Assembly (NCBI GenBank): GCA_017941235.1
Contig: JAGAWU010000049.1
Location: forward strand, 2,497-66,496
Length of the DNA: 64,000 nucleotides
Direction: 5' to 3'
Source: Bacilli bacterium
GTDB lineage: Bacteria > Bacillota_I > Bacilli_A > RF39 > UBA660
Shown piece after piece: positions 57,743 through 64,000 of the stretch (within the stretch, counting starts at the first letter, position 1; each line of letters begins with the position of its first letter). The position numbers and the translations under genes were made by a program. The notes under the pieces were generated by a model that saw nothing but the letters and a program-made list of their open reading frames with translations, had not been told where the DNA came from and ran no database searches.

Positions 57743-58279
57743 TTACTTTTTTAAAATAACTACTATCTTCTCTCCATATTTTCTACTTTTTACTTCTTTT
57801 AACACTTCTTCATTTTTTATTTTCTTTATGTCATCTGTTTCACATACTATTATTCCATTATCATTTAGTAAATTATACTCACATATTAAATCTAATGATT
57901 TTTCTATTAAATCTCCTTTGTATGGGGGATCTAAAAAAATTATATCGAATTTATATTTGCTTTTTAAATATTCTAATGCTTCTTTATAATCTAAGTTTAA
58001 TACTTCTCTTTCTTCATTAAGCATAGATAAGTTTTCTTTTATTGTTTTAAAACATATTTTATTTTTATCTACAAATATTGCTTCTTTAGCATTCATACTT
58101 AATGCTTCTATACCAAGATTCCCAGATCCTGAAAATAAATCTAGTATAGTGCTACCACTAACTTTATTTTGTATCATTGCAAATAGTGATTCTTTTACTC
58201 TATCCATAGTAGGTCTTGTTCCTTCTATGTCAAAGCCTTTTAATGTTCTTCCTTTATATTTACCTTGTATTATCTTCAT
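57743..58279 (-). CDS. rsmD: 16S rRNA (guanine966-N2)-methyltransferase RsmD (YlbH)
   Basis: RPTMDRVKESLF, LDLFSGSGNLGIEALS and FLDPPY motifs. Confidence 0.9.
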   Translation of the reverse strand: MKIIQGKYKGRTLKGFDIEGTRPTMDRVKESLFAMIQNKVSGSTILDLFSGSGNLGIEALSMNAKEAIFVDKNKICFKTIKENLSMLNEEREVLNLDYKEALEYLKSKYKFDIIFLDPPYKGDLIEKSLDLICEYNLLNDNGIIVCETDDIKKIKNEEVLKEVKSRKYGEKIVVILKK

Positions 58280-58281
58280 AT

Positions 58282-58518
58282 TTACTCCATTATACTTTTT
58301 AATTCTTTATTAATACTTAAAATCTTATAGTTAATTCTATTTTCTAAATGTTTATATTTTATTATTAATTCATTGTTTGAAACATCTTCATTATTTTTTA
58401 TTTTTTTTATAAGAGTCTTATCATTTAATATTTTATTTTGAATTTCTTTAATTTCTATTATATCTTTATCTTTATCTAAACTATTTTTTAAATCATCTAA
58501 TTTAACATATATATTCAT
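58282..58518 (-). CDS. Small coiled-coil protein (possibly a short YlbF/YmcA-like protein)
   Basis: 78-aa Lys/Asn/Ile-rich helical ORF, 3 nt upstream of rsmD, with an AAAGGATGA SD. Confidence 0.5.
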   Translation of the reverse strand: MNIYVKLDDLKNSLDKDKDIIEIKEIQNKILNDKTLIKKIKNNEDVSNNELIIKYKHLENRINYKILSINKELKSIME

Positions 58519-58537
58519 AATATCATCCTTTTATTAA

Positions 58538-58619
58538 AAGAAAAACACTCTAAAGAGAGTGTTCGAAGGTGATGCGCACAAACATCAACCTAGAAATCCT
58601 AAACAATCTTTAGAATTTC
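58538..58619 (-). promoter_or_regulatory. Leader RNA with two hairpins and an intrinsic terminator, in the position of the ylbH leader
   Basis: Minus strand: TTGCAA (58655-58650), 17-nt spacer, TAATAT (58632-58627). A 12-bp hairpin AGAAATTCTAAA/TTTAGGATTTCT and a hairpin GGTTGATG/CATCACC. Terminator AACACTCT-CTTT-AGAGTGTT plus TTTTTCTTTT, about 25 nt before the ATG. Confidence 0.55.
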
Positions 58620-58663
58620 TAATAATATATTACCAAAAAATAACATTTTTTGCAAGTGTTTTT

Positions 58664-58888
58664 TTATTTTTTTAATATATCTAAGAATTCTTTTACTATT
58701 GCAATGTTATTATTCATTTTTTTTAATTTATCTTCTGGTGTTAAATTAAATCTTTTTTTCATCTCATCTTCCATAAATTTTATACTGCTTGGGTCTCTAT
58801 TTAAATAGTTGTACCAATAAGAATTTTCTTTTAAAAACTTTTTTAAATTAGGATTACTGTCTATTTTTATTTTTATATCTTGTCTCAT
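58664..58888 (-). CDS. YlbE-like small protein
   Basis: 74 aa. MRQDIK...NPNLKKFLKENSYWYNYLNRDP resembles the B. subtilis YlbE family. It follows the ylbD-like gene, as in B. subtilis. Confidence 0.55.
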   Translation of the reverse strand: MRQDIKIKIDSNPNLKKFLKENSYWYNYLNRDPSSIKFMEDEMKKRFNLTPEDKLKKMNNNIAIVKEFLDILKK

Positions 58889-58895
58889 AAATTAA

Positions 58896-59243
58896 CTAAT
58901 CTTCAAAGTATTTGTACATTGGCCTTTTTTCATAAGTTTCTTTTGGTACATTTGTTTTTGTGTTATTAAGTGCTAAACCTTCTAAGAGTGCTACTGCCTT
59001 CTGCATACTTTCTATACTGTTTTGTACAGTTTTCATATCTATCTTTTTTATAGTGTCTACTATATCTCCAATTTTTGAGTCACTTGATATTTCTTTAGTG
59101 AAATATTTATTCCAAACACTACTATTTTCACCGTATATATCATATAATTCATATAATTTTTGCCATGTTATTTTATCTTTTAATACACTTTCAGCTAGTT
59201 CTGGATGAAGACGGGCAAATGATTTAAAAGTTTCTTTTGACAT
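58896..59243 (-). CDS. YlbD-like (putative spore coat) protein
   Basis: FKSFARLHPELAESVLKDKITWQKLYELYDIYGE resembles the YlbD family. It is syntenic with ylbE, ylbF and ylbH. Confidence 0.55.
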   Translation of the reverse strand: MSKETFKSFARLHPELAESVLKDKITWQKLYELYDIYGENSSVWNKYFTKEISSDSKIGDIVDTIKKIDMKTVQNSIESMQKAVALLEGLALNNTKTNVPKETYEKRPMYKYFED

Positions 59244-59342
59244 ATTATCACCTATTCAATTTTATGAAAAGGAAGATAAAAAAATAACTAATTATTTTAA
59301 TTTAAAAGGACTTAATTTATATAAATTAAATCCTTTTAATTA

Positions 59343-61871
59343 TTATTTTAAGAAATCGTCTATTGTCATTAATCTACTATCAATATCATTTAAATCTACT
59401 TGTTCTTTTTTTGGAATTTCTTTCTTTTCTTCTTTTGTTTCACTTATATTTTTTTCTACTAGATTCTTAAATATAAATGCATCTGTTACATTATGTTTTG
59501 TTAATTCTTTACCTATCGAATATCTATCACTTATAGGAAGTTCAGTTAACTTGATATCAATAATTTTACTTGATTTTAATCCTAAATGTTCTTTAGAATC
59601 CTCTATAAATGCTTTTAATACTTTATGTGGATTAGATTTTACTTCTCTAATTACTAATAATCCTTTTCTTGTTCTTGTTGATAATTCAAATTCTGAAAGT
59701 TTAATTCTTTTACCTGTATTTTTATCTGTTATTATAGAAAGATATTCATCTGTGTTGTAATCAAAATTATTTACTGAGACTACTTCATCATCTTTTAAAT
59801 TTATAGCCTTAACACCACCAGCTTTTACTCCTGAAATTGGTATTTCTTCTGTTTTGAATGATAATCCAAATCCGTTTTTAGTTGTTACAAATACACAATC
59901 TTTTTCTTCTAAACAAACTTGTATTAATCTATCTTCTTCTTTTAATTTCATACAATTAATTGGTTTGCTCCAGCGACTTACTTCAAATTCTTTTAATATA
60001 GAACGTTTAATTAGACCATTTTTAGTTATAAATATAATTGGTCTTTCACTAGAAAAGTCATATGCTGGTATAGCTCCAATAATTTCTTCATCTTGAGCAG
60101 TTGGAACAATGTTACTGATATGTTTTCCCATATCTTTCCATTTTAAATCATATATTGCATGAACTGGTATATGTAGATAGTTACCAAATGATGTAAATAC
60201 TAGTAATGTATCTAATGTATTCATTTCATATTGTCCTATTATGTAATCGTTTTCTTTTAGTGTAGGACTATCCCCACTTGCTCCATAACTTCTCATACTT
60301 GTTCTTTTAATGTATCCGTCTTTAGTAATCATAACAATTACATCTTCTTTAGGAATCATTTCAGTTTGATCAATTTTAATTTCTCTTACTTCTTCTTTTA
60401 TTGTTGTAAGACGTGGAGTTTCAAATTCATCACGAACTGCACTAAGTTCTTTCTTCATTACATATTTTAATGCTTTTTCATCTTCTAATATTGCACTTAA
60501 GCCTTTAATTAGTTTATCTAATTTTTTCTTTTCTTCTTCTAGTGCTACTACATCTGTATTTGTTAATCTATAAAGTTGTAATACTACAATTGCTTCTGCT
60601 TGTTCTAAAGTAAAATCAAATTCTTTTACTAAATTATCTTTAGCATCCGATTTATTTTTAGATGCTCTAATTACTTTAATTACTTCATCAAGAATGGATA
60701 AACATTTAATTAATCCATCAACTATATGTAATCTTTTTCTTGCTTGATCTAAATCAAACATTGTTCTTCTTTTTACTACTTCTTTTTGATGATTTACAAA
60801 AGCTTCAAGTATTGGTTTTAAACCAAGTAATTTAGGCCTTCTATTTACTATAGTTACCATATTAAAGTTATAGCTTGATTGTAGATCAGTGTTTTTTAAT
60901 AAATAATTTAATATAAGTTCTTTATTTGCATCTTTCTTAAGGTCAATTGCTATTCTTACATCTTTTTCACTTTCATCTCTGACTTCAGCTATACCTTCTA
61001 TTTTTTTATCTATTCTTATATCATCTATTTTTTTGACTAAAAGTGCTTTGTTTATTTCATATGGTATTTCTGTAACGATTAGTGATGTTTTTCCGCCTTT
61101 TTCTTCAAATTCTGTTTTACTAGTTACAACTACTCTTCCTCGTCCTTTTGTGTAAGCATCTTTTATTCCATCGATTCCTTCAATAATTGCTCCTGTTGGA
61201 AAATCTGGGCCTTTTACAAAATTCATTAAATCATCTAATGTACATTCTGGATTATCAATTAAATGAATTGTTGCATTTATTATTTCTCCTAAATTATGAG
61301 GTGGTATATTTGTTGCATAACCAGCTGATATACCTGTAGCTCCATTTACGAGTAGTGCTGGAAAGCGTGTTGGAAGAACAGTAGGTTCAACTGTAGAATC
61401 ATCAAAGTTTGGTGAAAACTCAACTGTATCTTTATCAATATCCCTAATCATTTCGTTACTGATTTTAGAAAGTCTAGCTTCTGTATAACGATAAGCAGCT
61501 GGACTATCACCATCGATTGAACCATTATTACCATGCATATCAATATATGGAAGTCTTATTTTCCAATCTTGACTCATACGAACCATTGCATCATATATAG
61601 ATGTATCACCGTGTGGATGATAGTTACCTATGACATCTCCAACGGTTTTAGCACTTTTACGATAAGGTTTATCATATGTGTTGTGTTCTTTATACATTGA
61701 GTATAGTATACGTCTTTGAACTGGTTTTAAACCATCTCTAGCATCTGGGATAGCACGATCTTGTATTATATATTTAGAGTAACTTCCAAATCTTTCACCC
61801 ATTATATCTTCTAGAGTATAATCATATATTTTTTCAATTACTTCTTCAGTTTCAGTTTTCTTTCTTGGCAT
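59343..61871 (-). CDS. parC: DNA topoisomerase IV subunit A
   Basis: LEDIMGERFGSYSKYIIQDRAIPDARDGLKPVQRRILYSM is the ParC/GrlA-type N-terminus. It lies downstream of parE. Confidence 0.85.
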   Translation of the reverse strand: MPRKKTETEEVIEKIYDYTLEDIMGERFGSYSKYIIQDRAIPDARDGLKPVQRRILYSMYKEHNTYDKPYRKSAKTVGDVIGNYHPHGDTSIYDAMVRMSQDWKIRLPYIDMHGNNGSIDGDSPAAYRYTEARLSKISNEMIRDIDKDTVEFSPNFDDSTVEPTVLPTRFPALLVNGATGISAGYATNIPPHNLGEIINATIHLIDNPECTLDDLMNFVKGPDFPTGAIIEGIDGIKDAYTKGRGRVVVTSKTEFEEKGGKTSLIVTEIPYEINKALLVKKIDDIRIDKKIEGIAEVRDESEKDVRIAIDLKKDANKELILNYLLKNTDLQSSYNFNMVTIVNRRPKLLGLKPILEAFVNHQKEVVKRRTMFDLDQARKRLHIVDGLIKCLSILDEVIKVIRASKNKSDAKDNLVKEFDFTLEQAEAIVVLQLYRLTNTDVVALEEEKKKLDKLIKGLSAILEDEKALKYVMKKELSAVRDEFETPRLTTIKEEVREIKIDQTEMIPKEDVIVMITKDGYIKRTSMRSYGASGDSPTLKENDYIIGQYEMNTLDTLLVFTSFGNYLHIPVHAIYDLKWKDMGKHISNIVPTAQDEEIIGAIPAYDFSSERPIIFITKNGLIKRSILKEFEVSRWSKPINCMKLKEEDRLIQVCLEEKDCVFVTTKNGFGLSFKTEEIPISGVKAGGVKAINLKDDEVVSVNNFDYNTDEYLSIITDKNTGKRIKLSEFELSTRTRKGLLVIREVKSNPHKVLKAFIEDSKEHLGLKSSKIIDIKLTELPISDRYSIGKELTKHNVTDAFIFKNLVEKNISETKEEKKEIPKKEQVDLNDIDSRLMTIDDFLK

Positions 61872-61903
61872 TCTACCACTACTTTCTATATTTGTTTATT
61901 TTT

Positions 61904-63814
61904 TTAAGCTATTTTATAATCATCTTCTAAAGAAAATTCTACATTTTCTTCAATCCATTCTTTACGTGGAGCTACTTCGTCTCCCATAAGTACTGATACC
62001 CTCTTTTCTGCAAGTTGAGCATCTTCTATATTAATTCTAATTAATGTTCTAGAACCAGGCTGCATAGTTGTTTCACAAAGCTGATCTGCATTCATTTCAC
62101 CTAATCCTTTATAACGTTGTACTTCACATTTTTTACCTTTAGTAAGTTTTTGCATTTCTTCTATGTTGTATGCATATTCTACTGGTTTTCCTTTTCCATA
62201 ATCAATTTTGAAAAGTGGAGGAAGCGCAACAAATAATCTTCCATCTTCAATCAATGGTTTCATGTAGCGATAGAAGAATGTTAAAAGTAAACATTGTATG
62301 TGTCCTCCATCTTCATCTGCATCGCTCATGATTATTACTTTTGAGTATTCGCAATCTTTTATATCAAAGTTTGGACCATATCCAGCACCTATTGTATAAA
62401 TCATTGTATTAATTTCTTCGTTTTTTAAAATATCTTCTTCTTTTGTTTTTTCAGTATTTAATACTTTACCACGAAGTGGAAGAATTGCTTGATAGCGTCT
62501 ATCTCTTCCTTGTTTAGCTGAACCTCCGGCTGAATCTCCTTCGACTAAGAATAGTTCTTTTTTAGTTTTGTCTTTTGATTGTGCAGGTGTAAGCTTTCCA
62601 GATAAAGCTCTTTCTTTAGGGCTATTTTTTTTACCTTTTCTTGCTTCTTCCCTTGCCTTTCTTGCTGCTTCACGAGCAATTTTACTTCTTAAAGACTTAT
62701 TAATTATTTCTGTAGCAATAGCTTTATTTTCTTCTAAGAATACTCTTAATTCTTTATCTACAATACTATCTACTGCAGTACGAGCTTCTGGAGTTCCAAG
62801 TTTACCTTTTGTTTGACCTTCAAATTGTAATAATCCTTCTGGAATTTTTAATGATATTATAGCTGTTAAACCTTCTCTAACATCGCTACCTTCTAATGAT
62901 TTTTCTTTTGCTTTAATGAAACCGTTAGCTTTTGCGTAATCATTAAATACTCTGGTTAAGGCTGTTTTAAATCCTACTTCATGGCTACCACCATCTATTG
63001 TTTTAACATCATTAACAAACGATACTATTTCTTCATTATATGTATCTGTATATTGAAGTGCTACTTCAACTTCTATTTTATCTTTATTTCCTGCCATATG
63101 TACTACATTGTGAAGAACATTTTTTCCTTTGTTTATATATTCAACAAATTCCTCTATTCCTCTTTCATAACAATATTTAGCATGTCTACCATCTTCTTCA
63201 TCTATTACTTCGATAGTAATACCTCTAAGTAGGAAAGCACTTTCTTGCATTCTTTCACAAACTGTAGTAAACGAAAAATTAGTTGATTGAAATATTTCAG
63301 GATCTGGCATAAATCTAACTGTAGTACCTGTTTTGTTTGTGGTACCAATCTTCTTTAGTTTTTGAGTTACGTGTCCACCGTTTTCACATCTCATATAGTA
63401 TATGCCTTTATCTCTTTGAATGGTTACTTCCATCCACTTTGATAGGGCGTTAACGACACTACCACCAACTCCGTGCAAACCACCAGAAACTTTATATCCT
63501 TCACTTTCAAATTTTCCACCAGCATGAAGTACTGTATAAATAACTTCAGGTGTTGATTTTCCTGATTCGTGCATTCCTATTGGTACACCACGTCCATGAT
63601 CTTCAACGCTTACTGATTTATCAGAATGAAGTGTAATTTTTACTAAATCACCAAAACCATTAATAGCTTCATCAACTGAGTTATCAACTATTTCCCAAAT
63701 TAAATGGTGAAGTCCTCTTTTATCAGTTGATCCAATATACATACCTGGTCTTTTTCTAACTGCTTCTAATCCTTCTAATATCTTAATTGACGCTTCATCA
63801 TATTTCAATGCCAT
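61904..63814 (-). CDS. parE: DNA topoisomerase IV subunit B
   Basis: YDEASIKILEGLEAVRKRPGMYIGST, GHKL ATPase and TOPRIM (LVEGDSAGG) motifs. It is paired with parC. Confidence 0.85.
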   Translation of the reverse strand: MALKYDEASIKILEGLEAVRKRPGMYIGSTDKRGLHHLIWEIVDNSVDEAINGFGDLVKITLHSDKSVSVEDHGRGVPIGMHESGKSTPEVIYTVLHAGGKFESEGYKVSGGLHGVGGSVVNALSKWMEVTIQRDKGIYYMRCENGGHVTQKLKKIGTTNKTGTTVRFMPDPEIFQSTNFSFTTVCERMQESAFLLRGITIEVIDEEDGRHAKYCYERGIEEFVEYINKGKNVLHNVVHMAGNKDKIEVEVALQYTDTYNEEIVSFVNDVKTIDGGSHEVGFKTALTRVFNDYAKANGFIKAKEKSLEGSDVREGLTAIISLKIPEGLLQFEGQTKGKLGTPEARTAVDSIVDKELRVFLEENKAIATEIINKSLRSKIAREAARKAREEARKGKKNSPKERALSGKLTPAQSKDKTKKELFLVEGDSAGGSAKQGRDRRYQAILPLRGKVLNTEKTKEEDILKNEEINTMIYTIGAGYGPNFDIKDCEYSKVIIMSDADEDGGHIQCLLLTFFYRYMKPLIEDGRLFVALPPLFKIDYGKGKPVEYAYNIEEMQKLTKGKKCEVQRYKGLGEMNADQLCETTMQPGSRTLIRINIEDAQLAEKRVSVLMGDEVAPRKEWIEENVEFSLEDDYKIA

Positions 63815-63932
63815 TTTCTACACATCCTCACTATTGATATTATACTAAACTTGTAAATAAAAGGTAACAAATTTTACACTAATTTACATATTTTTTATTC
63901 CTAGTACATTTTATCATAATTTTTTAATAAAT

Positions 63933-63962
63933 ACAAAAAGAAAATGAGAATGTCTCATTTTC
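63933..63962 (-). terminator. Intrinsic terminator of a - strand gene that starts beyond the window end
   Basis: GAAAATGAG (63940-63948) / CTCATTTTC (63954-63962). On the minus strand a TTTTTG sequence follows it. Confidence 0.5.
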
Positions 63963-64000
63963 TTATATATTAGTTAATCTTAAGAATGTAATCAGTTTGG

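Noticed and set aside
59343-63814. gyrB-gyrA as an alternative call for the topoisomerase pair.
   Set aside because: The A-subunit N-terminus (MGERFGSYSKYIIQDRAIPD...PVQRRILY) is the ParC/GrlA pattern and not the GyrA pattern (SYLDYAMSVIV...PVHRR). There is also no dnaA-dnaN-recF context.

Overview
This is a chromosomal, mostly housekeeping segment from a very AT-rich, endospore-forming Bacillota (Firmicutes)-type genome. It uses the standard genetic code, GGAGG-type ribosome-binding sites and sigma-A-type promoters, and it carries SpoIVB, SpoIIM and YlbD/YlbE-like genes. I support about 60 protein genes. Ribosome and translation: yceD-rpmF, hisS, an archaeal-type aspS, alaS, mnmA, rsmD, tmcAL. 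DNA and chromosome: smc, helD-like, xseAB, xerD, rarA, holA, rnhC, parE-parC. Transcription: nusB and an RpoD-like sigma factor. Heat shock: hrcA-grpE-dnaK-(pepF)-dnaJ. Cell wall and sporulation: a FemAB-family gene, a MOP flippase, a glucosaminidase-domain protein, spoIVB, spoIIM and DUF421. There is also a radical-SAM/SPASM plus two-GT2 cluster, a thioester-domain surface adhesin, and several hypothetical proteins. Recognised RNA and regulatory elements are a T-box(Ala) leader, CIRCE operators, a terminator-containing leader in the ylbH (rsmD) position, and many intrinsic terminators and near-consensus promoters. I did not recognise any rRNA, tRNA, CRISPR-cas, IS element or prophage. Five things are not explained by ordinary annotation. 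(1) A gap of about 0.95 kb with no ORF (36.34-37.34 kb) contains a tandem array of at least 7 diverged units of about 58 nt with palindromic ends, and a dedicated + strand terminator follows it. (2) A transcription unit of about 420 nt at 93-511 has its own promoter and terminator, no ORF, and several stems of 7-13 bp. (3) The L32 gene has a 9-residue N-terminal extension that looks like the Prp-cleaved propeptide of Firmicute L27. (4) The T-box(Ala) operon begins with a phage-type dNMP-kinase-like gene that is translationally coupled to alaS. (5) HisRS ends in a Cys/His-rich tail. All functional calls come from motif recognition by eye. No database search or folding program was run, so starts and element boundaries are approximate.
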